DNA of 63,873 nucleotides, the filler included, from Octopus bimaculoides (Eukaryota), in the NCBI RefSeq assembly GCF_001194135.2. It is 6 parts of 4 records of this genome, joined end to end, with 100 filler letters (N's around TTAATTAATTAA, not from the genome) between each part and the next. Parts side by side here need not be neighbours in the genome. Positions count along the whole stretch, not along the records: positions 36,736 to 59,225 come from NC_068984.1; positions 59,326 to 61,408 come from NC_068983.1; positions 61,509 to 63,873 come from NC_068999.1; 3 more parts are not named here. One strand, given 5' to 3'. The position numbers and the translations under genes are program-made. Below the pieces are notes generated by a model, which saw only the letters and a list, made by a program, of their open reading frames with translations, was not told the origin of the DNA and did not search any database. This document shows, one piece after another, positions 51,741-63,873 of the stretch. How positions within the stretch are numbered: position 1 is the stretch's first letter; the number at the start of each line of letters is the position of its first letter.

Positions 51741-52625
51741 CATCGCTTGACAACCAATGCTGGTGTGTTTACGTCTCCGTAACTTAGCGGGTAAACAAAG
51801 GGAAAGGGATTTAGCATGGGTCAGTGAAAGAGAAGATCAGGAAAGAGTATTATGGGGNNNNNNNNNNNNNNNNNNNNNNNNNNNNNNNNNNNNNNNNNNN
51901 NNNNNNNNNNNNNNNNNNNNNNNNNNNNNNNNNNNNNNNNNNNNNNNNNNNNNNNNNNNNNNNNNNNNNNNNNNNNNNNNNNNNNNNNNNNNNNNNNNNN
52001 NNNNNNNNNNNNNNNNNNNNNNNNNNNNNNNNNNNNNNNNNNNNNNNNNNNNNNNNNNNNNNNNNNNNNNNNNNNNNNNNNNNNNNNNNNNNNNNNNNNN
52101 NNNNNNNNNNNNNNNNNNNNNNNNNNNNNNNNNNNNNNNNNNNNNNNNNNNNNNNNNNNNNNNNNNNNNNNNNNNNNNNNNNNNNNNNNNNNNNNNNNNN
52201 NNNNNNNNNNNNNNNNNNNNNNNNNNNNNNNNNNNNNNNNNNNNNNNNNNNNNNNNNNNNNNNNNNNNNNNNNNNNNNNNNNNNNNNNNNNNNNNNNNNN
52301 NNNNNNNNNNNNNNNNNNNNNNNNNNNNNNNNNNNNNNNNNNNNNNNNNNNNNNNNNNNNNNNNNNNNNNNNNNNNNNNNNNNNNNNNNNNNNNNNNNNN
52401 NNNNNNNNNNNNNNNNNNNNNNNNNNNNNNNNNNNNNNNNNNNNNNNNNNNNNNNNNNNNNNNNNNNNNNNNNNNNNNNNNNNNNNNNNNNNNNNNNNNN
52501 NNNNNNNNNNNNNNNNNNNNNNNNNNNNNNNNNNNNNNNNNNNNNNNNNNNNNNNNNNNNNNNNNNNNNNNNNNNNNNNNNNNNNNNNNNNNNNNNNNNN
52601 NNNNNNNNNNNNNNNNNNNNNNNNA

Positions 52626-52958
52626 CAAGTCTGGCATACTTTTATAAAATTCATAGGGCAGACCATCGAGACCCGGCGACTTGTCTCCGGGGCATTCGCC
52701 CAGCACCTCGATCACCTCCTCGGCTGTGATTGGCCCTTCACAGCACTCGGCCTTCATTGCCAAGAGACGCAGGCCGCCAGACAGGAAGTCCCTGAGGGCC
52801 TCACCATGATCAAGCGTCCCGCCCCTCCTGAACAACTCGGCAAAGTGCTCTTTTCAGTTACCACCTAAGTAGTAAGATCAGGCTGGAGAGGAAGTGCCTC
52901 TCACGGGATATGTTTGCGAAAAGATGGAAGTCTGTGGAACGCAAGCTGAGTGCAAGTG
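52626..52958. mobile_element. Tx1/L1-clade fragment with internal inversion
   Basis: The - strand 52835-52626 encodes EGPITAEEVIEVL...KSPGLDGLPYEFYK (RT start). The + strand ~52853-52958 encodes FSYHLSSKIRLERKCLSRDMFAKRW, homologous to the C-terminus at 4400-4510. Confidence 0.75.
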
Positions 52959-52997
52959 AGGTAAGCAAGCTACTTACCACACAGCCACTCCTGTGCC
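52959..52997 (-). mobile_element. SINE family A head only
   Basis: The reverse complement reads GGCACAGGAGTGGCTGTGTGGTAAGTAGCTTGCTTACC. Confidence 0.75.
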
Positions 52998-53706
52998 CAG
53001 ATTGTATAAAGATTTTTGAAAAGCAACACTTGTGTGAAATATGGTTACAATCCAGTATGTAGAATGAAGACAAGTTATTTTTTTATTGCTTTTTACTTTT
53101 TCCCATATTGTTCTGAAAGGATTTTCACCAAAAGTAGTAACTAAATGGAAGTAATGCAGTAATGAGATTTATGACCTGTTTTATTAGCAACAGAGATCAC
53201 ATTAATAAAAAATGCCTGCTATCTTAATTATTCTTATTTTAATCATATTAATAAACAGTATACCTGTGGAATTTGAGAAGACTCTTCAGTCTTGTTAAAA
53301 ACATGACAGCCTCTTTATTGCTGATATCATAAAATGCACTCAGTACACTCTGTAAAGTACACTTTTCTGGCATTTAATTGTACAAGTGAAGCCCCAAAAT
53401 GAAACATACAAGAAGTAGTCATCTGACTCCAGGAGAAACAGTAACAACCAATCCAACCCATGCTAGCATGAGAGTGAATGTAATGTGATGGTGATGGTGA
53501 GAGAAGTGGTGGCAATGGCAGTTGTTGCTGTTAAGGGTTTGGAGTATTCACTCTTTTATTGGTAGCTTGATTATTGTAGAGATATACTTATTAGTTTATT
53601 TTATGAAATCTAATGTTTATTCATTTTTTGACTTACTTCTGCCATTCTATTTTATTCAGATACAGTTCATTTCAATAATTCTAGTAGTTATTTTATTTTT
53701 TTCCAG

Positions 53707-53802
53707 CCCCGCTTAGAAGAATTACTGGGAGAAGAGAAGTTTGATCAGTATGCTGGTAAAATATGGCAACTGAAATACTGCAGACAGATGGCAGTGAGCT
53801 AA
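53707..53802 (+). CDS. NEK4: NEK4-like kinase, terminal coding exon
   Basis: Long pyrimidine tract and ttccAG acceptor; phase 0; encodes PRLEELLGEEKFDQYAGKIWQLKYCRQMAVS*, similar to recalled NEK4 RLREHMGEKYTTYSVKARQLKFFEE. Candidate AATAAA at 54508. Confidence 0.8.
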   Translation, partial: PRLEELLGEEKFDQYAGKIWQLKYCRQMAVS

Positions 53803-56289
53803 TAAGTGCTGCTTATGGGTATTAATTACTAAATATCTCAAAAAAAAAAAACTTCAAAAGTTCCTGCAGCAAGAAAATATAATGTAAAACCGATGAAATT
53901 TGTTGTTTGAAAATATTTTTTAATTACACTCTTCTTCTGCTTAATCATTTCTATTGATGTTATTTCTACCCATCTCTTTATGAGCTAAAATTTGAAAAAC
54001 AACAAACCCCATGCTTTTCATTAGAATTCTTTGTTGCTTGGAATATTTCTTCAGAAACTACTGCAGGTTCCTAGATAAACTTCTTTGAGAAACTTGTATA
54101 CAGACTTTGTTTGCATTGATTCTGAAACATCTCGTCTACTCTTCAAACTGTTTGTGTACATATTTTGTTTTTGGAGACAAGTTTCAAACTATTTATATTC
54201 TCTCACTTGTCCATGTGTTTTTCTCCAAAAATCTTATCTAAAGCAACTAAGTAAATACTACTTTTTACAACATAGTCACCAACTCTCTCTCAAATTTTCA
54301 TGTTATTTCAATCTAATCCAATAAGGAAGTTTTGCTTGAATATATAATTGTCCTCCTCTTTTCCTTAATATTTTTCCTGACTTGTATGGTATCATTTTCC
54401 ATTATATTTTGTTATAAATGTTTTATCTTATCCATAAACTATTTACAATTTTGTAATCAAACATCTCTTCTTCACAAGCTATCATATGTTATGTAAAATG
54501 CTATTCAAATAAAGAGTGTGAATATAAATGTTATCAGGTTAACTATTTTATTCAAAAGCTATAAAATTATTGTTCAGTCACTTTCAACTAAGGTTTCTCT
54601 TCAAAATTTGCAAGTAGAATACTTCTACTTAACTTTCCATCCCAGCATGGAAAAACAGATATTAAATAATGATGAATGTTGCTATTGATTGAATGAGTTT
54701 TCTGTTCTATTTTCTAATTTCAGTCAAATTTCATGTTTTCTTTAAAGTTCTGATTGCTAAGCATATTTCATTTTAACAATTTTAAGGCTGTTTTATATAG
54801 AATGAACCCAGATATATTTTCAAAAAAGCTTTTGTTTGTGTGAAAGTGTGTATGTGTGTGTGGTTGTGCTTCTTATATGGTTAGGGATGTTTGCTAAGGT
54901 AAGTTCTCAGCTGCTGGTGCTGCTTCAACATATATATACTTTATAAAAGATATATGTGCAGTCACATAGCTGGTTAACGATGCACAGCTGCATCCAATAA
55001 AATTGCGAGCAGGGGAACGAACCCTTACCATCTTCTGTCAACGGGACCAGTAGACCAGTCCTGGTTTTGGGCTATTTCTGCCATTCCTCAGTTCTGGACA
55101 CTTCTTCTGCTAGAGATGATAGCAGCTCAGCTCTGTACACAATATATGTATTTCAAGCAAACACACAGTTGCTGATTTTGCATCCAAACAGAAATGCTAG
55201 TTCTAAAATCTCTCTAAGAGATCAACACAGATCAACATGGGTAATGTTCCTGTGAATTTTATCAAGTCCTGAAAGGATGAATGACATAGTTGACTGCTGT
55301 AGGATTTGAAATGAATGTGCAAATAGCCAGAACCATTACAAAGCAATCTATTCAACGATTTACTGGCTGTGCCAATTAGTGCACAAACATACATATGTGC
55401 ATGCATGCATACATACATATGTATGTATATGCATACATACATACATAAGAAAAGAAGGATTAAGAAATCTAGGCAGATATCAATAAAGCACTCGGTTTTA
55501 AATTAATTTGGTTAACTACATCAATCAATCAGACTCCAAGTCAAATACACATCCATATTTGACAAGTAGATCCAAATATCATTTAAAAGAATTTTGAGAA
55601 ATTCAGAGTATTAGATAACAAAAATACAGATAGAGAAGATCACATCTCTAATTGTAGAATTCCCGTTACAAAGCTGGCAATTGTTTCAGTTGATGTTAGT
55701 AGATAACAAAAGAATAAAAATAAACAAGGATTCTACATTATGACAATTAGAGATGTAGAATTTCTATGGACAATTTTGTTTTTACAATTACACAGGCATT
55801 TATTCACTTGGATTTGATATTCATAGTTAAAAGAATTCCTTCTAGTCCTGTCTCAGAATTAGGTGTTAAGACAAGATTATTATTATAATTAATATTAAAA
55901 CTAGGTGGTAACTGTATTATAAGAGTCAGAATTACTTTTACTCAAAGAATTGAAATCTAGTTCTATACATTACTGATTCTCCTCTTGTTTACAGGTTTTG
56001 AGTTGAGATATTCCCTAATTCTCTGTATATTATGTACTGCTATAATCTCAGTTAAATTTCTAGTGGTTGAATATGAACATTTTATACTATGGTGATTAAA
56101 TAATTTCCCATATTTAATTGAAGGTGGGAAGTACTTATCTAGTGCAACAAAGAATTTTCAAAGAATATTGGTAGCTATATAATATTCCTTGATTTATTCT
56201 TTCTGTTATTTATATATATGCTTTCCTTATTAACATTGGATTTTTTCCTACTGTAATTTTTATTCTTAAGTTTATAAATATTATTATTA

Positions 56290-56445
56290 TTTCTTTTTAT
56301 CACAGTTTTTGTTGGAACTCCTGGAGTCTTGCATGTATAGTGAGCTTGCTACCTGCAGCCTACAGTACCATGCTATCCATTCTTTTCAGTTATCTAATAC
56401 TTTCCTGATTATTCTGGCTGTGCCAAGGAGGCAAATCATTATTAT
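56290..56445 (-). mobile_element. R4/Dong-like LINE extreme 3' end
   Basis: The - strand encodes LLGTARIIRKVLDN*, followed by a short UTR, with (AAT)-type repeats on both sides. Confidence 0.55.
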
Positions 56446-56524
56446 TATTATTATTATTATTAGTTATACCAACTATATATTTAGTATCTACAGAGTGGAT
56501 GTATACTTTTCAATAATATCTTTT

Positions 56525-56720
56525 ATCTTTTACTTGTTTCAGTCATTAGACTGTGGCCATGTTAGGGCACCACCTTGAATTGACCCCAGTACTTATTTTT
56601 ATAAGCCTGGTACTTATTCTATTGGTCTCATTTGCCAAACTGCTAAGTTACGGAAATGCAAACACAGCAACACCAGTTGTCAAGTGTTGGTGGTGGTGGG
56701 GACAGACACAAAGATACACA
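56525..56720 (-). mobile_element. SINE family A, 3' half
   Basis: Reverse complement of the tail and body. Confidence 0.75.
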
Positions 56721-57779
56721 CACTATATCGTTATTTTGAGAATACAGATACCTCTTAAAAGGGGATGTTAACATGCAAGCTTCACTGGTTTAATCTTATA
56801 TATCAAGGAAATGTTCAAGAGTCCAGTATTACTTAATAGTATTGGTGTCTATTGTTTAATAATAGGCACCAATTAAATATATTACAGAGTTCAATGATTA
56901 TTACACTTTGATATATATGGGTATATTTCAATATGATATATTATAAGGAGAAAATGGAGAGTTTTAACTTAATAAACTTCAATTAATTAACATATTGTCA
57001 AAATTCTCTGTTACCTACAATTGTTTCCATGCTCAACTCATTCAATTACAAATTAACAAATTTAAAATTGCATCTTGAAAATAGCGAGTTAAATACTTCC
57101 TCAGTGTGAGAATTAGACATGCAAAGGAATCACATAATCAATCAGGTGATCATCAACAGACTCAACATATCTATATTGGTATATATATGTGTGCATTTGC
57201 TTGTTGATATTTTTTAAAAAGCCATTATATATGCATATATCTTTTGTTTTTATTTTTTGTGTGCGTGTATGTGTTAAATTTATTTGCATGTTAATATTTG
57301 TTTAAAAAAACTGTTGCTTGTGTATCTGCTTTTGTTTTTATGTTTTGTGTGCATATGTACATTAATATGTTTGATCACATGATAGTGCTGGAAATGACTA
57401 ATTTACTGCAGGTATGGTATTTATGTTCTATATCATCAAGATATGTGTTACAAATATTTTTATCATTAGACGAAATTTTGAAAGGCAATATTCAAGAAAA
57501 AATATATTATTACTATTATTATCCAATTATATCTATTAATTGATTAATTTATATTTTATTCTACATATTTTGATATAATTTTATTTTAATTTTACTTTAA
57601 AATTGATATATCTATTAAATTACATATGCACACAAGCACATGCACATGTGTGCACACACACAAGTGTGCATGTGTTTATTACATCCAGTAATAAACATTT
57701 ACTCTCTTCAATCGAACTCTCATTCAGACTCTAATAGCTGAAGACTATCTACACGCTTGAAACTCAGAGTACCAAGGAG

Positions 57780-58064
57780 TCTCAGTCAAACTTTTTTGAT
57801 GTGTTATGCAAAAGCTACATTCAAATATGGTAAACTGACAGCTAATACCTTGACCCAACTTGATAATGATACATCTATCAAGGACCTGAATCAAGAATGC
57901 TTTTATAAGTATCTTGGGGGGTAAACAAAGGGAAAGGGATTTAGCATGGGTCAGTGAAAGAGAAGATCAGGAAAGAGTATTATGGGGCAAGGACTGAGTA
58001 ACCGGCAACAATGTGGTCAAGGCTATCAAATTTGCCATTGCAGAGTCTATACTTTGTGTCTACC
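57780..58064. mobile_element. R4/Dong-like LINE fragments in inverted junction
   Basis: The + strand to 57987 encodes CAKATFKYGKL...YKYLG...KEKIRKEYY. The - strand 58064-57988 encodes VDTKYRLCNGKFDSLDHIVAGYSVLAP. Confidence 0.7.
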
Positions 58065-58425
58065 TCATGCCCAGCACTCCGTTCAGCAGGTGTTAACAGC
58101 AAATGGAGTGCCTGATTTGTGGAAAGTGCCCCTTCCACAGAAAGCGAAAAAGTATGCATTCCAGTTTGGTCAGACATGAACTGGAGCAATGCACGACTGT
58201 GAGATGATGTTTATATTTGAAACTTCTGCCTGACCTTTCAGGGATAGCTTTCTATTGACTCATTTCTTGGTGAGATTGGACTCCCTGCTCATCATCTCAT
58301 CCTAGTTTTTCTCCACCTAGAGATCTGGACCAAACTATACTTCGAACACTTTAACCAGTCCCTCCATCCAGTATCCCACGATGGCATGGACCTGCCTCTC
58401 TAGGTGCTGAGCTGCAGACCAATGA
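58065..58425 (-). mobile_element. Tx1/L1-clade fragment
   Basis: FGPDL*VEKN...RKLSLKGQAEV...LTKLECILFRFLWKG...NGVLGM, homologous to 5530-5260. Confidence 0.75.
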
Positions 58426-59325
58426 CTTTTCTTCGTTAATTTTTGTTCCTGTCACCACCTCATATTCTCTTAGAGCAGTGCTGACCAGGTCTATGTGCTT
58501 GCTGCTTTCAATTTTTCTCACTCACACATGTCAGATTGCACTTTTACTAAAAGCTATGAAAATTATATTTAACAGATACTTCACAGAATGTTCAACCATC
58601 CATAGAAAACATGAGCAACAAAATTATTGCAAATCACAATGAAATCATTCAATAATTTTCAAATGGAAAATTGATATTTTCTCAAACATATTCATCATTT
58701 GTGACTTTCAATTTTTGGTGGAATTCTCCTTTAAGAACACCATATAACTACTTGTAACTTTTCTAGATTTTGCAATTTACAGAAAAATTTCGCGAGTTAC
58801 TATTCTACACACAGGAATACACACAAGTATTGAAAAATACTTTTTTTAAAATTTTTCAAAAATTTTTGTGCAAGTCACAGTTTCAAATACAGACAGTCCA
58901 AATTTTGGGCTTAAGTCCCAACAATGTATCTATGGGGAGAAAGATATTGTAGAACATTAATACATCAGACTGACAAAATAATGAGGTGGTCCTGAGATGT
59001 GCTAAAAATAACAGCCCTTAAATCACGCCATAATTTTTTCTTTTTCTTTTTTGTTTATTGCATAATTGTATGAGCTCTTGTATGTAGAACACAAATTTGC
59101 AAATTCTTTTTAAAAATTCTCAAAGATATAAAAAGTTATGAGTGGTTCTATAGCGTGCTTTAAACCAGAATTCTGCACAAAATACTGCCATCTCACCTGA
59201 AACAAATTTTAGATTATGTGCCTGTNNNNNNNNNNNNNNNNNNNNNNNNNNNNNNNNNNNNNNNNNNNNTTAATTAATTAANNNNNNNNNNNNNNNNNNN
59301 NNNNNNNNNNNNNNNNNNNNNNNNN

Positions 59326-59359
<34 letters not shown>

Positions 59360-59529
59360 GGAAAAAATTCCAAATTTCAATTTGTTTCCTAATTCTCCTC
59401 TTGGAGTATTTAGTGCTTTTCCCTTTCATTTCTCCGTCCATTATCCTATCGTCTAGCAACAGTCTTATCTCCCATTATTATACAGCGATCTAATTATGTT
59501 GTCACGCTAATTATATGCCATCAGAATGT

Positions 59530-59805
59530 ACCGTTTTCCTGCCCGTCTTCATAATTAGCACTGCATATTTATTTACCTCAAACTGCACTTTGTTTCTTCG
59601 TTTCAGACATCGCAAGAATCGACGAACAGGAGAGAAGCACTGCAAAACAAATACCTACCACGTGGCAGTATGACCCCACAGGACAACGTCTGTCGACAAA
59701 TTAGTGTCTGAAGGTCGTATCAAGTGGCTTCTAGTGGCAGAAGCATGAACTACAACAAGCTTGTCCTACAGAGAGCATTTCCGCTTACTTTTGGGTCCCC
59801 CCTCG
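59530..59805 (-). mobile_element. mariner 5' end fragment
   Basis: The - strand reads TA then CGAGGGGGGACCCAAAAGTAAGCGGAA (mariner-type TIR), with a decayed start MSETKKQ near 59612. Confidence 0.55.
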
Positions 59806-60126
59806 TACTGCAACCACTATAGATGATGTATTTTATAATTTTATGAATGTCACGGATGTTGTTATTTTCATGATGATGACAATGATAACCATAGGTAATG
59901 ACAATGATTTTAATCAAGTTGATGATCATGAAGAGATCCTTTCCCCTGGTCTTCATCGGTATCGTCTCCACACTGACATTGATATGAACGATGATTGTGA
60001 TGAACGTAAATTTTATAAGTTTCTCATAAGATGATAGTTGTCTTGGTGATGACCTTACACATGGCAATAATAACGATGATTATAATCGTAGAGATTCTTT
60101 TGAATTTGATAATAGCGGTGATGTAA

Positions 60127-60127
<1 letters not shown>

Positions 60128-60187
<60 letters not shown>

Positions 60188-60329
60188 CGATGGCGATGGT
60201 GATGATTGTTAGGCTGCGTATGGTGATACTGATCTTTATTATCGTCTATATGGCGAAAGCAGTCATTATCATCAAGTCGATAGCAACTTTGATGGGGTAA
60301 GTGATGACTAAGCTGATGTGATGAATTTT

Positions 60330-60363
<34 letters not shown>

Positions 60364-60713
60364 TGTTNNNNNNNNNNNNNNNNNNNNNNNNNNNNNNNNN
60401 NNNNNNNNNNNNNNNNNNNNNNNNNNNNNNNNNNNNNNNNNNNNNNNNNNNNNNNNNNNNNNNNNNNNNNNNNNNNNNNNNNNNNNNNNNNNNNNNNNNN
60501 NNNNNNNNNNNNNNNNNNNNNNNNNNNNNNNNNNNNNNNNNNNNNNNNNNNNNNNNNNNNNNNNNNNNNNNNNNNNNNNNNNNNNNNNNNNNNNNNNNNN
60601 NNNNNNNNNNNNNNNNNNNNNNNNNNNNNNNNNNNNNNNNNNNNNNNNNNNNNNNNNNNNNNNNNNNNNNNNNNNNNNNNNNNNNNNNNNNNNNNNNNNN
60701 NNNNGAAGAAGAA

Positions 60714-60745
<32 letters not shown>

Positions 60746-60900
60746 AGAATAAGGAGGAGGAGGAGGAGGAGAAGAAGAAGAAGAAGTAGGAGAAGAAGAA
60801 GACGAAGAAGAAGAAGAAGAAGAAAAAGAAGAAGAAGAAGAAGAAGAAGAAGAAGAAGAAGAAGAAGAAGAAGAAGAAGAATATGATGATGATGATGATG
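60128..60900. repeat. (GAT)n, (AGT)n and (GAA)n microsatellite cluster around a gap
   Basis: Directly visible; source of the poly-R, poly-E and poly-F ORFs. Confidence 0.95.
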
Positions 60901-61374
60901 ATGATGTTGGTAATGTTCACAATCATCAACATCATCATCATCACCGGCGGCATTATGACGGCGACGACGAAGACAAAGAGGTTATTGACGCAGACCACAA
61001 AGACGATGATGTTGATGTGATGATGATAATGGCGAGTGAAGATCTTGCCGACGACAATGATAATCGCAATGATAAAATGCGATAATTAAAAGTAATGTTC
61101 TGGTAATGCTTTACTGCTACTAGGAAGGAGAATGTTGCCGTTACATATTGGAGCTCTGCAGAGTAAGTAACGGTAGCTAATGTCACTTCTCATAAACAGT
61201 GAATTCAGTAAGGAGTTAAATAATAATTAAGCTGATTGGAAGGTGTGATGCAGACAGGCTGGTGAATTCTAGACCTGAATTTAGTAGCAATTCCGGAGAC
61301 AGGAAAACGCCTTGTATAACACAGATATAGCACAGTCTCAGACACGGACACACGCTCACATATACACACACACA

Positions 61375-61408
<34 letters not shown>

Positions 61409-61857
61409 NNNNNNNNNNNNNNNNNNNNNNNNNNNNNNNNNNNNNNNNNNNNTTAATTAATTAANNNNNNNNNNNNNNNNNNNNNNNNNNNNNNNNNNNN
61501 NNNNNNNNAAGAGAGAGAGAGAGAAAGAGAGAGAAAGAAAGAGAGAGAGAGAGAAAGAGAAAGAGAGAGAAAGAAAGAGAGAAAGAGAGAGAGAGAGCCA
61601 TACCAGCATTCAGCTGGTTTTTATTTTCATCTGAGGAGACTGAAGCAACGTGAGGTGAAGTGCCTTGCTCAAGGACACAATGCAGTGCTGCTGTCGAGTC
61701 CTTCTGGTTGCAAGCCCAACGCCCTAACCACATATTTTTGATTGAACGAACATCGATTGAATCCAATGGGATTTACACGACACCAGTTAAAATCATTTTG
61801 TTTCCAACAATGGTTTCTAATGTTACATTATTTAAATCTAATATTGATTGAAGTCTT

Positions 61858-61894
<37 letters not shown>

Positions 61895-63679
61895 NNNNNN
61901 NNNNNNNNNNNNNNNNNNNNNNNNNNNNNNNNNNNNNNNNNNNNNNNNNNNNNNNNNNNNNNNNNNNNNNNNNNNNNNNNNNNNNNNNNNNNNNNNNNNN
62001 NNNNNNNNNNNNNNNNNNNNNNNNNNNNNNNNNNNNNNNNNNNNNNNNNNNNNNNNNNNNNNNNNNNNNNNNNNNNNNNNNNNNNNNNNNNNNNNNNNNN
62101 NNNNNNNNNNNNNNNNNNNNNNNNNNNNNNNNNNNNNNNNNNNNNNNTAACTTTAAAAAAAAAAAAAAAGAATTACAATAGAAAAGCTAAACAAAATAAT
62201 GTAGTCTCCGATACACTGCCTGAATAAAAGATGGAACTATCACAGACAGAATGTCTTTGGTCATAGGCGTGCTGGATTAAGCTTGCCATTTTATCCACCA
62301 GTGCCAGATTAAAAGATAAACAAGCTATGGATTACAGTCCCACAATAATTCAGGGACCTCAAATTTTAAAAGAGATCTGGAACAATCTCTCCTCAACAAG
62401 CGGTCTTTTCGAGTGTCATCTGGCGGTGTCCACCCCCTACCTCATCAATAACACGGCTTGCCAAAAGGACTTCTTACGTGATTGCTCGATCTACTAGAAA
62501 TAACAGTGAAAACCTCGTCAGATGACACCATATTGTCTTTAAAAAAAAAGAACAAATAGGTGAACAGGCAGGGCCATAAGAGCATCAGACAAAATATGCC
62601 TTTTGGGTCCTTGCACCCCGCTGAGGTCAACTTTGCCCTTCATTTTACTGGGGGTCGATAAAGAAAGTACAATTTTCGAGCGGTGGAGTAACGGAATCAT
62701 TAGAGCCTTGTAATATATGTATTTTGGCTCTTTACGACCTGAGTTCAAATCCTGGTAAATTTAAATTCTCTTTCGGTTTAATATCACCATCTTTCACCCT
62801 GGGCGACAATCTGTTGTAAGCAGAAGGGCCAAGGGTCTAGCAGGAAGATATATCTTTTAGTCATCAGGAAGGGCTTTATATATATAAAATAGAACAGTCC
62901 CAGCTGGGACTTTTCTTGACCATCAAGACTGGCCTTGTGGCTTAACTGCAACAATTGTATTTGGGATTTTGTTTTGGTTTTTTTTTTGTTTCCCTAATTA
63001 GGAAAAAAATGTGCAAATGTCCATCGGTTTTGAAGTGATTAACCGAGACATGCCACAACTCGACTCTGCTTCAGATACAGAAGTGAGGTATTATGTAGTC
63101 GAATCAAAATAAAAGAGAAAGGGGCCAACCCTTTTCTTGTCTCGTATATCACATATGATACACAGGACATTTTTTCACAAGGGGTCTATGCGCAATTTTT
63201 TTCCAAGTACCAGAGTAACTTGGAAGTTATGAAAAGAAAGCTTTATGTTACTCAGAACACCTGAAAACTAGGGTTAACAAACTAAATATCTGAAAACAAG
63301 CATGGACAAACTTATGAAAAGGGTTACAAAGATGTGAAGGTCACGTTTTTACCAAACGGTTGGTTAAAAGGAAATAAATGTCGCAGGGTATGAAAGCGAG
63401 TTAACCCGGGTCAACAAACGATGACACTTTGTCACGATATTTTGTCAAGTTTGTTTATCAGGAGCAATAAAGAGCCTTAGGTAGTTAATCCCATAGATTT
63501 ATTGTTTTTAATGAAAATATAATGAATCAACAAAGAAGCGTTAGAATGTGGTCACAAGACTTGCTCGAAACCGCTCTTAATTAACATTCCACCGACTAAG
63601 AAAAAAAAAAAGAGAGAGAGGATACGTTAAATAAAGTATTCCTACATACACTGTCTGGGAGAAAATAAGATGGGACTTC

Positions 63680-63873
63680 TTTAGTCGTAGACCTTGGTGG
63701 ACGTAGCCCGAACTCGGGTTAATTAAAACATCGGTGAAACTAGCCAAAAAGGCTGACGAAATCCGGTGACGGAAAATGAAACAAACAAACGTGGAAGAGA
63801 GAGGGAGGGGCACTTCCGTTGTGTATCGATCGCTTTTCGATGGACACGTGTTCCGATTATATGGAGGGAGAGT
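63680..63873. promoter_or_regulatory. Possible promoter or first-exon region of a neighbouring gene
   Basis: Locally GC- and CpG-rich, non-repeat-like sequence with an ETS-type CACTTCCG (63811), a DRE-like TATCGAT and an E-box CACGTG. Motif evidence only. Confidence 0.3.

Noticed and set aside
51648-51857. 50-bp inverted SINE copy followed by an exact copy of 57921-57987
   Set aside because: Both duplications are identical to their sources and abut a gap, so a chimeric contig end is most likely.
57730-57780. CTGAAGA...GAAACTCAGAGTA hammerhead-like string
   Set aside because: Stems I and II do not pair.
59608-59715. Strong + strand acceptor with an open frame
   Set aside because: Better explained as the antisense of a mariner 5' end (TIR at 59805).

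Overview
AT-rich, repeat-dense eukaryotic draft-assembly DNA with many microsatellites and N gaps. It is most likely octopus; this is inferred from recalled SINE and RTE families, not from a database search. Most ORF-track entries are microsatellite or N-run artefacts or transposon remnants. The only host gene I can support is the 3' end of a NEK4-like kinase on the + strand: three in-phase exons at 45014-45071, 45967-46048 and 53707-53802, none present in the ORF track. No kinase-domain exon was recognised in the ~45 kb upstream. The rest is decayed mobile DNA: Tc1, mariner and DD37D (maT) transposons; Tx1/L1, RTE, CR1-group, R4/Dong-like and HERO-like LINEs; five Penelope-like pieces within ~8 kb; a truncated Ty3/Gypsy element; and three tRNA-derived SINE families. 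The most interesting signals are: (1) four minimal type-I hammerhead-ribozyme-like motifs in different repeat contexts, all deviant; (2) two Tx1 fragments abutting the same hairpin of a SINE head; (3) several inverted or templated rearrangements inside retroelements; (4) many fold-back sequences. Some fold-backs and all TTAATTAATTAA spacers are assembly artefacts. No CRISPR, rRNA or genuine tRNA gene is supported, and I cannot claim a new biological system from sequence alone.
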